A program made the translations under genes and the position numbers. 64,000 nucleotides of DNA. Origin: Eledone cirrhosa (Eukaryota). The stretch spans positions 22,134,001 to 22,198,000 of the forward strand of contig OZ024762.1 in NCBI GenBank assembly GCA_964016885.1. The letters run 5' to 3'. The notes beneath the pieces were generated by a model that was not told the origin of the DNA, ran no database searches, and saw nothing but the letters and a program-made list of their open reading frames with translations. Shown one piece after another: positions 43,972 through 57,097 of this stretch. Numbering within the stretch: position 1 is the first letter of the stretch; every line of letters begins with the position of its first letter.

Positions 43972-45154
43972 CTCTCATGGAATGACCAAATGAGTTTTAT
44001 TTTTCCACATGCAAGATTGCACAGCTCTAGCATCACTCCTTCATAGGCTGACCAAGATACTCTCATGGAATGACCAAATGAGGTTTATTTTTCCACATGC
44101 AAGATTGCACAGCTCTAGCATCACTCCTTCATAGGCTGACCAAGATACTCTCATGGAATGACCAAATGAGGTTTATTTTTCAACATGCAAGATTGCACAG
44201 CTCTAGCATCACTCCTTCATAGGCTGACCAAGATACTCTCATGGAATGACCAAATGAGGTTTATTTTTCCACATGCAACATTGCACAGCTCTAACATCAC
44301 TCCTTCATAGGCTTACCAAGATACTCTCATGGAATGACCAAATGAGGTTTATTTTTCAACATGCAAGATTGCACACCTCTAGCATCACTCCTTCATAGGC
44401 TGACCAAGATACTCTCATGGAATGACCAAATGAGGTTTATTTTTCTACATGCAAAAATGCACAACTCTAGCATCACTCCTTCATAGGCTGACTAAGATAC
44501 TCTCATGGAATGACCAAATGGGGTTTATTTTTCAACATGCAAGATTTCACAGCTCTAGCATCAATCCTTCATAGGCTGACCAAGATACTCTCATGGAATG
44601 ACCAAATGAGGTTTATTTTTCCACATTCAAGATTGCACAGCTCTAGCATCACTCCTTCATAGGCTGGCCAAGTTACTCTCATGGATTGACCAAATGCGGT
44701 TTATTTTTCCACATGCAAGATTGCACAGCTCTAACATCACTCCTTCATAGGCTGACTAAGATACTCTCATGGAATGACCAAATGAGGTTTATTTTTCCAC
44801 ATGCAACATTGCACAGCTCTAGCATCACTCCTTCATAGGCTGACCAAGATACTCTCATGGAATGACCAAATGAGGTTTATTTTTCAACATGAAAGATTGC
44901 ACAGCTCTAGCATCACTCCTTCATAGGCTGACCAAGATACTCTCATGGAATGACCAAATGAGGTTTATTTTTCCACATGCAAGATTGCACAGCTCTAGCA
45001 TTACTCCTTCATAGGCTGACCAAGATACTCTCATGGAATGACCAAATGAGGTTTATTTTTCAACATGCAAGATTTCACAGCTCTAACATCATTCCTTCAT
45101 AGGTTTATTTTTCAACATGCAAGATTGCACAGCCCTAGCATCACTCTTTCATAG

Positions 45155-45711
45155 TGAGCCTATGAACTTTTAAGCCTACCTTATATGCAAATTATTAAGA
45201 AATTCGAAATAATTTTTGCACCCATTTTTGCGACTAAGTAAAGACGGAGTTATCGTTCTTGAGATTTCGGCTCGTGGAAATTTAAGGAACTGATGTCGCT
45301 AAATCGCCAAATCATTTACCTGCCCCGTTGCCTCATGGGAGGGTAATGGCTGCCTTTTATTTTTTAAACGATGGCAGATTCTTTAGTTTCTTTCGCAGAA
45401 TCTTGTTCCTTGTTTCATATAAGTAAATAATTAAAACATTTTGGCGAGAAGGATATTGAAAAGTCTGCTGTTGTTTTAAAAAAATAAAAAGCAGCCATTA
45501 CCCTCCCATGGTGCAACGGGGCAGGTAAATGATTTGGCGATTTAGCGACATCAGTTCCTCAAATTTCTCCGAGCCGAAATCTCAAGAACGATAACTCCGT
45601 CTTTACTCAATCGCAAAAATGGGTGCAAAAATTATTTCGAATTTCTTAGTAATTATTTGTACATACTTACATTGTTTGCATATAAGGTAGGCTTAAAAGT
45701 TCATAGGCTCA
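45155..45711. repeat. Palindromic hub 10 (557 bp)
   Basis: Copy of hub 8, 6373 bp downstream. Confidence 0.95.
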
Positions 45712-46748
45712 CTATGAAAGAGTGATGCTAGGGCTATGCAATCTTGCATGTTGAAAAATAAACCTATGAAGGAGTGATGTTAGAGCTGTGCAATCTTGCA
45801 TGTTGAAAAATAAACCTCATTTGGTCATTCCATGAGAGTATCTTGGTCAGCCTATGGAGGAGTAATGCTAGAGCTGTGCAATGTTGCATGTGGAAAAATA
45901 AACCTTATTTGGTCATTCCATGAGATTATCTTGGTCAGCCTATGAAGGAGTGATGCTAGAGATGTGCAATCTTGCATGTTGAAATATTAACCTCATTTGG
46001 TCATTCCATGAGAGTATCTTGGTCAGCCTATGAAGGAGTGTTGCTAGAGCTGTGCAATCTTGCATGTTGAAAAATAACCCTCATTTGGTCATTCCATGAA
46101 AGTATCTATCTAAGCCTATGAAGGAGTGATGCTAGAGCTGTGAAATCTTGCATGTTGCAAAATAAACCTCATTTGATCATTCCATGAGAGTATCTTGGTC
46201 AGCCTTTGAATGAGTGATGCTAGGGCTGTGCAATCTTGCATGTTGAAAAATAAACCTCATTTGGTCATTCCATGAGAGTATCTTGGTCAGCCTATGAAGG
46301 AGTGATGCTAGAGCTGTGAAATCTTGCATGTTGAAAAATAAACCTCATTTGGTCATTCCATGAGAGTATCTTGGTCAGCCTATGAAGGAGTGATGCTAGA
46401 GCTGTGCAATCTTGCATGTTAAAAAATAAACCTCATTTGGTCATTCCATGAGAGTATCTTGGTCAGCCTATGAAGGAGTGATGCTAGAACTGTGCAATCT
46501 TGCATGTTGAAAAATAAACCTCATTTGGTCATTCCATGAGAGTATCCTGGTCAGCCCATGAAAGAGTGATGCTAGAGCTGTGAAATCTTGCATGTTGAAA
46601 AATAAACCGCATTTGGTCATTCCATGAGAGTATGTTGGTCAGCCTATGAAGGAGTGATGCTAGAGCTGTGCAATCTTGCATGTTGCAAAATAAACCTCAT
46701 TTGTCATTCCATTGAGAGTATCTTGGTCAGCCTATGAAGGAGTGATGC

Positions 46749-46806
46749 TATATATATATATAATTATATATACATGTATATATATATATACATGTATATA
46801 TATATA
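46749..46806. repeat. 58-bp TA linker 10
   Basis: Identical to linker 1. Confidence 0.95.
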
Positions 46807-47989
46807 CTCTCATGGAATGACCAAATGAGTTTTATTTTTCCACATGCAAGATTGCACAGCTCTAGCATCACTCCTTCATAGGCTGACCAAGATACTCTCA
46901 TGGAATGACCAAATGAGGTTTATTTTTCAACATGCAAGATTGCACAGCTCTAGCATCACTCCTTCATAGGCTGACCAAGATACTCTCATGGAATGACCAA
47001 ATGAGGTTTATTTTTCAACATGCAAGATTGCACAGCTCTAGCATCACTCCTTCATAGGCTGACCAAGATACTCTCATGGAATGACCAAATGAGGTTTATT
47101 TTTCCACATGCAACATTGCACAGCTCTAACATCACTCCTTCATAGGCTTACCAAGATACTCTCATGGAATGACCAAATGAGGTTTATTTTTCAACATGCA
47201 AGATTGCACACCTCTAGCATCACTCCTTCATAGGCTGACCAAGATACTCTCATGGAATGACCAAATGAGGTTTATTTTTCTACATGCAAAAATGCACAAC
47301 TCTAGCATCACTCCTTCATAGGCTGACTAAGATACTCTCATGGAATGACCAAATGGGGTTTATTTTTCAACATGCAAGATTTCACAGCTCTAGCATCAAT
47401 CCTTCATAGGCTGACCAAGATACTCTCATGGAATGACCAAATGAGGTTTATTTTTCCACATTCAAGATTGCACAGCTCTAGCATCACTCCTTCATAGGCT
47501 GGCCAAGTTACTCTCATGGATTGACCAAATGCGGTTTATTTTTCCACATGCAAGATTGCACAGCTCTAACATCACTCCTTCATAGGCTGACGAAGATACT
47601 CTCATGGAATGACCAAATGAGGTTTATTTTTCCACATGCAACATTGCACAGCTCTAGCATCACTCCTTCATAGGCTGACCAAGATACTCTCATGGAATGA
47701 CCAAATGAGGTTTATTTTTCAACATGAAAGATTGCACAGCTCTAGCATCACTCCTTCATAGGCTGACCAAGATACTCTCATGGAATGACCAAATGAGGTT
47801 TATTTTTCCACATGCAAGATTGCACAGCTCTAGCATTACTCCTTCATAGGCTGACCAAGATACTCTCATGGAATGACCAAATGAGGTTTATTTTTCAACA
47901 TGCAAGATTTCACAGCTCTAACATCATTCCTTCATAGGTTTATTTTTCAACATGCAAGATTGCACAGCCCTAGCATCACTCTTTCATAG

Positions 47990-48546
47990 TGAGCCTATGA
48001 ACTTTTAAGCCTACCTTATATGCAAATTATTAAGAAATTCGAAATAATTTTTGCACCCATTTTTGCGACTAAGTAAAGACGGAGTTATCGTTCTTGAGAT
48101 TTCGGCTCGTGGAAATTTAAGGAACTGATGTCGCTAAATCGCCAAATCATTTACCTGCCCCGTTGCCTCATGGGAGGGTAATGGCTGCCTTTTATTTTTT
48201 AAACGATGGCAGATTCTTTAGTTTCTTTCGCAGAATCTTGTTCCTTGTTTCATATAAGTAAATAATTAAAACATTTTGGCGAGAAGGATATTGAAAAGTC
48301 TGCTGTTGTTTTAAAAAAATAAAAAGCAGCCATTACCCTCCCATGGTGCAACGGGGCAGGTAAATGATTTGGCGATTTAGCGACATCAGTTCCTCAAATT
48401 TCTCCGAGCCGAAATCTCAAGAACGATAACTCCGTCTTTACTTAATCGCAAAAATGGGTGCAAAAATTATTTCGAATTTCTTAGTAATTATTTGTACATA
48501 CTTACATTGTTTGCATATAAGGTAGGCTTAAAAGTTCATAGGCTCA
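47990..48546. repeat. Palindromic hub 11 (557 bp)
   Basis: Same subtype as hubs 8 and 10. Confidence 0.95.
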
Positions 48547-49846
48547 CTATGAAAGAGTGATGCTAGGGCTATGCAATCTTGCATGTTGAAAAATAAACCT
48601 ATGAAGGAGTGATGTTAGAGCTGTGCAATCTTGCATGTTGAAAAATAAACCTCATTTGGTCATTCCATGAGAGTATCTTGGTCAGCCTATGGAGGAGTAA
48701 TGCTAGAGCTGTGCAATGTTGCATGTGGAAAAATAAACCTTATTTGGTCATTCCATGAGATTATCTTGGTCAGCCTATGAAGGAGTGATGCTAGAGATGT
48801 GCAATCTTGCATGTTGAAATATTAACCTCATTTGGTCATTCCATGAGAGTATCTTGGTCAGCCTATGAAGGAGTGATGCTAGAGCTGTGCAATCTTGCAT
48901 GTTGAAAAATAACCCTCATTTGGTCATTCCATGAAAGTATCTATCTAAGCCTATGAAGGAGTGATGCTAGAGCTGTGAGATCTTGCATGTTGTAAAATAA
49001 ACCTCATTTGATCATTCCATGAGAGTATCTTGGTCAGCTTATGAATGAGTGATGCTAGGGCTGTGCAATCTTGCATGTTGAAAAATAAAACTCATTTGGT
49101 CATTCCATGAGAGTATCTTGGTCAGCCTATGAAGGAGTGATGCTAGAGCTGTGAAATCTTGCATGATGAAAAATAAACCTCATTTGGTCATTCCATGAGA
49201 TTATCTTGGTCAACCTATGAAGGAGTGATGCTAGAGGTGTGCAATCTTGCATGTTGAAAAATAAACCTCATTTGGTCATTCCATGAGAGTATCTTGTTCA
49301 GCCTATGAAGGAGTGATGTTAGAGCTGTGAAATCTTGCATGTTGAAAAATAAACCTCATTTCGTCATTCCATGAGAGTATCTTGGTCAGCCTATGAAGGA
49401 GTGATGCTAGAGCTGTGCAATCTTGCATGTTGAAAAATAAACCTCATTTGGTCATTCCATGAGAGTATCTTCGTCAGCCTATGAAGGAGTGATGCTAGAG
49501 CTGTGAAATCTTGCATGTTGAGAAATAAACCTCATTTGGTCATTCCATGAGAGTATCTTGGTCAGCCTATGAAGGAGTGATGCTAGAACTGTGCAATCTT
49601 GCATGTTGAAAAATAAACCTCATTTGGTCATTCCATGAGAGTATCCTGGTCAGCCCATGAAGGAGTGATGTTAGAGCTGTGAAATCTTGCATGTTGAAAA
49701 ATATACCGCATTTGGTCATTCCATGAGAGTATGTTGGTCAGCCAATGAAGGAGTGATGCTAGAGCTGTGCAATCTTGCATGTTGCAAAATAAACCTCATT
49801 TGTCATTCCATGTGAGTATCTTGGTCAGCCTATGAAGGAGTGATGC

Positions 49847-49904
49847 TATATATATATATAATTATATATACATGTATATATATATATACATGTATATATA
49901 TATA
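49847..49904. repeat. 58-bp TA linker 11
   Basis: Identical to linker 1. Confidence 0.95.
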
Positions 49905-52379
49905 CTCTCATGGAATGACCAAATTAGTTTTATTTTTCCACATGCAAGATTGCACAGCTCTAACATCACTCCTTCATAGGCTGACCAAGATACTCTCATG
50001 GAATGACCAAATGAGGTTTATTTTTCCACATGCAAGATTGCACAGCTCTAGCATCACTCCTTCATAGGCTGACCAAGATACTCTCATGGAATGACCAAAT
50101 GAGGTTTATTTTTCAACATTCAAGATTGCACAGCTCTAGCATCACTCCTTCATAGGCTAACCAAGATAATCTCATGGAATGACCAAATGAGTTTAATATT
50201 TCAACATGCAAGATTGCACAGCTCTAGCATCACTCCTTCATAGGCTGACCAAGATACTCTCATGGAATGATCAAATGAGGTTTATTTTTCCACATGCAAC
50301 ATTGCACAGCTCTAGCATCACTCCTTCATAGGCTGACCAAGATACTCTCATGGAATGACCAAATGAGGTTTATTTTTCAACATGCAAGATTGCACACCTC
50401 TAGCATCACTCCTTCATAGGCTGACCAAGAAACTCTCATGGAATGACCAAATGAGGTTTATTTTTCTACATGCAAAAATGCACAACTCTAGCATTACTCC
50501 TTCATAGGCTGACCAAGATACTCTCATGGAATGACCAAATGAGGTTTATTTTTCAACATGCAAGATTGCACAGCTCTAGCATCACTCCTTCATAGGCTGA
50601 CTAAGATACTCTCACAGAATGACAAAATGAGGTTTATTTTTCAACATGCAAGATTGCACAGCTCTAGCATCACTCCTTCATAGGCTGACCAAGATACCCT
50701 CATGGAATGACCAAATGAGGGTTATTTTTCAACATGCAAGATTGCACAGCTCTAGCATCAATCCTTCATAGGCTGACCAAGATGCTCTCATGGAATGACC
50801 AAATGAGGTTTATTTTTCTACATGCAAGATTGCACAGCGCTAGCATCACTCCTTCATAGGCTGACCAAGATACTCTCATGGAATGACCAAATGAGGTTTA
50901 TTTTTCAACATGCAAGATTTCACAGCTCTAACATCACTCCTTCATGGGTTTATTTTTCAACATGCAAGATTGCACAGCTCTAGCATCACTCCTTCATAGG
51001 CTGACCAAGATACTCTCATGGAATGACCAAATGAGGTTTATTTTTCAACATGCAAGATTGCACAGCTCTAGCATCACCCCTTCATAGGCTGACCAAGATA
51101 CTCTCATGGAATGACCAAATGAGGTTTATTTTTCTACATGCAAAAATGCACAACTCTAGCATTACTCCTTCATAGGCTGACCAAGATACTCTCATGGAAT
51201 GACCAAATGAGGTTTATTTTTCAACATGCAAGATTGCACAGCTCTAGCATCACTCCTTCATAGGCTGACCAAGATACTCTCATGGAATGACCAAATGAGG
51301 GTTATTTTTCAACATGCAAGATTGCACAGCTCTAGCATCACTCTTTCATAGGCTGACGAAGATACTCTCATGGAATGACCAAATGAGATTTATTTTTCCA
51401 CATGCAAGAATGCACAGCTCTAGCATCACTCCTTCATAGGCTGACCAAGATACTCTCATGGAATGACCAAATGAGGTTTATTTTTCAACATGCAAGATTG
51501 CACAGCTCTAGCATCACTCCTTCATAGGCTGACCAAGATAATCTCACGGAATGACCAAATGAGGTTTTTTTTTCAACATGCAAGATTGCACAGCTCTAGC
51601 ATCAATCCATCATAGGCTGACCAAGCTACTCTCATGGAATGACCAAATGAGGTTTATTTTTCTACATGCGAGATTGCACAGCGCTAGCATCTCTCCTTCA
51701 TAGACTGACGAAGATACTCTCATGGAATGACCAAATGAGTTTTATTTTTCCACATGCAAGATTGCACAGCTCTAGCATCACTCCTTCATAAGCTGACCAA
51801 GATACGCTCATGGAATGATCAAATGAGGTTTATTTTTCAACATGCAAGATTGCACAGCTCTAGCATCACCCCTTCATAGGCTGACCAAGATACTCTCATG
51901 GAATGACCAAGTTAGGTTTATTTTTCAACATGCAAGATTTCAGAGCTCTAGCCTCACTCCTTCATAGTCTGACGAAGATACTCTCATGGAATGACCAAAT
52001 GAGATTTATTTTTCCACATGCAAGATTTCACAGCTCTAGCATCACTCCTTCATAGGCTGACCAAGATACTCTCATGGAATGACCAAATGAGGTTTATTTT
52101 TCCACATTCAAGATTGCACAACTCTAGCATCACTCCTTCATAGGCTGACCAAGTTACTCTCATGGATTGACCAAATGAGATTTATTTTTCCACATGCAAG
52201 ATTGCACAGCTCTAGCTTCACTCCTTCATAGGCTGACCAAGTTACTCTCATGGAATGACCAAATGAGGTTTATTTTTCCACATGTAAGAAATCTTGCATG
52301 TTGAAAAATAAACCTCATTTGGTCATTCCATGAGAGTATCTTGGTCAGCCTATGAAGGAGTGATGTTAGACTGTGCAAT

Positions 52380-52586
52380 CCCTACTGTCTTAAATTTAGA
52401 AAACATATTTTCTATGAGGTCACTAAACCTGCTAGAAACAGCAGCTAACTCTCCTCCATATCACACCACTCCCTACTGTCTTAAATTTAGAAGGCACATA
52501 TCCTCTATGAGGTCACTAAACCTGCTAGAAACAACAGCTAACTCTCCCTCATATCACAACCCTCCCTACTGTCTTAAATTTAGAAA
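52380..52586 (+). repeat. About 91-93 bp tandem repeat (~2.3 copies) abutting the satellite end
   Basis: CCCTACTGTCTTAAATTTAGAA occurs at 52380, 52471 and 52564. GAGGTCACTAAACCTGCTAGAAACA occurs twice. Probably a fragment of an interspersed repeat. Confidence 0.8.
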
Positions 52587-52847
52587 AACACAGACAACCA
52601 TGCAGAACAACTCCATCGCAGCTCTGTTGTTCGGCTGGCATCGTCTACGTGCGTGTTGCGCAAGTACTGTGAAACAATAAATTTCAACACTTTTTTGCAC
52701 AGAGATAATATCCATAGGCGAAACTACAATTGTCACTGCTGACGCAGCTCATGCTTCCAGGTCTGCAATTCATTCACCCAGTGCCTGGCAGACAAAAGAG
52801 TGCTGCCATAAAATGGGTGGTGCAACCTAACTTTGGTAACTGAATGA

Positions 52848-52877
52848 CCCCGAGCAACGCCGGGCTTTAATGCTAGT
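52848..52877 (+). mobile_element. Helitron-type 3' terminus
   Basis: The GC-rich hairpin CCCGAGCAACGCCGGG is followed 8 nt later by CTAG (52873-52876) and then T, which is the canonical Helitron end. The 5' TC end was not identified. Confidence 0.7.
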
Positions 52878-52934
52878 ATATTTCGTGGATGCTGGCCGAC
52901 CGCTGCAACTTCGATTTTACAAACTTCCACTCTT

Positions 52935-53005
52935 ATATATATATTTATATATATATATATATGTGTGTGTGGTGTGTGTGTGTGTGTGTGTGTATCTGTC
53001 TGTGT
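52935..53005. repeat. (TA)n/(TG)n microsatellite
   Basis: Directly visible. Confidence 0.9.
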
Positions 53006-53031
53006 ATCCGACACTGTTCCTACTATATCAA

Positions 53032-53270
53032 TGTATTTATGTTCATACAGGAGATAAAACCATTAACCAAGGTTTCATGGCCCAGATTTGACCATCCCTC
53101 CAGAATACAAGAGGCATCAAATTAGTGACCCTTCTTCAGGCGCTTATACGAATTCATGAGCGCCTAAAAGAGGTCACAAATGTCATGCCTCTTGTATTCT
53201 GGAGAGATGGTCAACTCTGGGCCATGAAACCTTGGTTAGTGGTTTTATTTTCTCTATGAACATAAATATA
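53032..53270. mobile_element. Fully palindromic ~239-bp MITE-like hairpin element
   Basis: TATTTATGTTCATACAGGAGATAAAACCATTAACCAAGGTTTCATGGCCCAGA... pairs with ...TCTGGGCCATGAAACCTTGGTTAGTGGTTTTATTTTCTCTATGAACATAAATA. The centre is GGCGCTTAT-ACGAATTC-ATGAGCGCC. Confidence 0.8.
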
Positions 53271-53334
53271 TAATATAATATTTCTGCTCACTTCCCGATT
53301 GAGCACTGTGTTCTTGTTTTCCTCTTGACACCTG

Positions 53335-53410
53335 GATGCGTTGTGTCCTTGAGCAAGACACTTTATTTCTCGTTGCTCCAGTTTACTCAGCTGTAGAAAT
53401 GAGTGGCGAT
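53335..53410 (+). mobile_element. SINE central-domain fragment
   Basis: GTTGTGTCCTTGAGCAAGACACTTTATTTC...CTCAGCTG resembles the conserved core of tRNA-derived SINEs (compare MIR GACCTTGGGCAAGTCACTT). No head was seen. Confidence 0.55.
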
Positions 53411-53975
53411 CCTGCCAAATCAATCGATGGCAGTAGTTCCAGCTGCACACATCAAAAGACTGGTGTAGTGGTTCTGAGAACAATGCGGCTTTGCAGATGA
53501 TCAATGCAAATTGACAAGGGAAAGGCACTCCCGCTCAAGTTAGAAGAGAACTATTGACCTCCAGGAGAAGCAGCGACCCCTGATTGTATTCAGGAACCGA
53601 AACAAATATGAAGTACACCAAATCCAATGTTCCTAGGGGTGGCCCTGGTTCTTCTTATTTGCGAGTGTAAACTCAGCCAGATTAGATTTGATTATATATA
53701 TGTATATATATATATGAGAGAGAGAAATTCAGGAATGATAGTTAGAAAGAAGGTAATGCTGAAAGACTGGGGTTAAAATAAATAAAATAAAAAAATCCTT
53801 GAAGATTATCATTGGTGCCAATGTGAGAGGTGATTTTAATAGATGCTACTGTAACTATATATATTTGATTGATGTAGACGTGACTGCATCAAATGTATCA
53901 ACTGTTTTCACTGTTTGTCTACACCAGAACAACAGTTTGTGAGATCCGTGAAGGGGAATTAAAGAATGGGATGGA

Positions 53976-54405
<430 letters not shown>

Positions 54406-54471
54406 GAAGAACTGGAAAAGAAAGATGTAGTGGGCGGGGCAGTTGTAAAAGTGAAAGTAAAACTAACCGTT

Positions 54472-54625
54472 CACCGCCACCACCTACCACCACCTACCAC
54501 TACCTAACACCACTGCCACCACCTAACACCACCTACCACTACCTCACACCACTGCCACCACCTAACACCACCTACCACTACCTCACACCACTGCCACCAC
54601 CTCACACCACCTACTACCTCAACTG
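54472..54625. repeat. 39-bp C/A-rich minisatellite (~3 copies)
   Basis: ACACCACTGCCACCACCTAACACCACCTACCACTACCTC repeats, matching the 13-aa period in ORF 54504-54689. Confidence 0.85.
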
Positions 54626-55113
54626 CCACGACACACACAAAAAAATATATATATAAGCTATCAAACAAACAGAAAATAACAAGAAGCAAATAAACTAACT
54701 ATGGAATTGGTTAGACAGACAGATGACTGTCATTCTATTGTCTTGGCGACATGTGCTAATTAAAAGAGACTCAAGAACTGCCGTAAGAATTGCCAGTTAA
54801 CTGGATTGGCAGTCTTTTGGTTATTTCACTGTTCAGCTTGGAGATTACAAACGAAATAAAAATTGAGACACGAACCAGACAGGCCAAAGACATTTCTTCC
54901 TTCGTCTATGTGAAGAAGTTTGGCTCTTTATTTTATACCATTATTTTTTATTCGTATTATTAGTATTATTAGTATTATCATTGTTTTTGTTGTTGTTATA
55001 ATTTTTTGTTGTTATTTGTGGGGGGTTTTTTTGTTAAGTTTTTATGTTACCTATTTTTTCGTTTATTGATTATTATATAACCTTTTGTTAAATTTTATTT
55101 GTAAATAACTGTT

Positions 55114-55960
<847 letters not shown>

Positions 55961-56025
55961 AACTGTTTACCATCACCACCACCACCACCATCACCTTACC
56001 TTCACATCATCACCATCATGTACTC

Positions 56026-56960
56026 ATGTACACACATATACACACATTTACACACATATATACAACTCTCTACACACGTACATTGACATACACACCTGCA
56101 GATGTGTACACATGTACACATTTACACAACTGTCATACACATCTGCTGGCTGGTACACATATACATATATACACACATCTACAGCTCTCTACACACCTCA
56201 TATACACACCTGTAGACGTGTACACATTTACATATATACACACATCTACAGCTCTCTACACACCTCATATACACACCTGTAGACGTGTACACATATACAC
56301 GCATCTACAAATCTCTACACACCTATCATACACACCTGAAAACGTGTACACATTTACACACTTACACACATCTACAACTCTCTATACACACTTGTCATAC
56401 ACACCTGCAGACGTGTACACACACATCTACAACTCTCTACACACCTCATATACACACCTGTAGACGTGTACACATGTACATATATACACATATCTGCAGC
56501 TCTCTACACACCTCTCATACACACCTGAAAACGTGTACACATTTACACATATACACACATCTACAACACTCTACACACCTGTCATACACACCTGCAGACG
56601 TGTACACATATACACACATCTACAACTCTCTACACACCTCATATACACACCTGGAAACGTGTACACATTTACACACTCATAGACATCTACAACTCTCTAC
56701 ACACCTCTCATACACACCTGCAGACGTGTACACATTTACACATATACACACATCTACAGCTATCTCTACACACTTGTCATACACACCTGTAGATGTGTAC
56801 ACATATACACACACACACATCTACAACTCTCTCCACGCCTCTCCTACACACCCCTACACAACTACACACCCCTACACACTCCAACACACCCCTACAGACA
56901 CCTACACACCCCTACACACCCCAATACACCCCAACACACCCCCAACATACCCCTACACCC
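56026..56960. repeat. Degenerate ~55-67 bp CA-rich minisatellite
   Basis: CACATCTACAACTCTCTACACACCTCATATACACACCTGTAGACGTGTACACAT recurs. Confidence 0.85.
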
Positions 56961-57097
56961 ACCAATATCTCATGTGTAATATATTTATTTATTGTATTTT
57001 TCATTTATTTCAACAAATTATTATTTAAAGAAAATAGAAAATTGAATAATTACATTTCAACAGCCACGTCACTGTCACCTCCTCCTACTCCTCTTAA

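Larger units (their letters stand above)
1..52380. repeat. 88-bp satellite array with alternating orientation blocks (continues beyond the left edge of the window)
   Basis: The monomer CATGCAAGATTGCACAGCTCTAGCATCACTCCTTCATAGGCTGACCAAGATACTCTCATGGAATGACCAAATGAGGTTTATTTTTCAA (88 bp) repeats in tandem. It is forward between TA linkers and hubs, and reverse-complement between hubs and TA linkers. About 500-520 copies estimated from length. Confidence 0.98.

Noticed and set aside
2009-50067. Repeated 67-100 aa ORFs (MQDCTALASLLHRLTK..., MRVCWSAYEGVMLE...)
   Set aside because: They are chance read-through of 88-bp monomers (not a multiple of 3) wherever an indel shifts a stop. There is no domain or gene structure.
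1-52380. CRISPR-like array
   Set aside because: Monomers abut with no unique spacers, there are no cas genes, and the context is eukaryotic.
1-52380. Breakage-fusion-bridge or random inversion origin
   Set aside because: The joints are only two recurring sequences, all in the same polarity. That fits tandem amplification of one unit rather than independent events.
54768-54820. Small hairpin containing TGGCAGT (miR-34-like seed)
   Set aside because: The rest does not match miR-34 and the stem is too short and irregular for a pre-miRNA.
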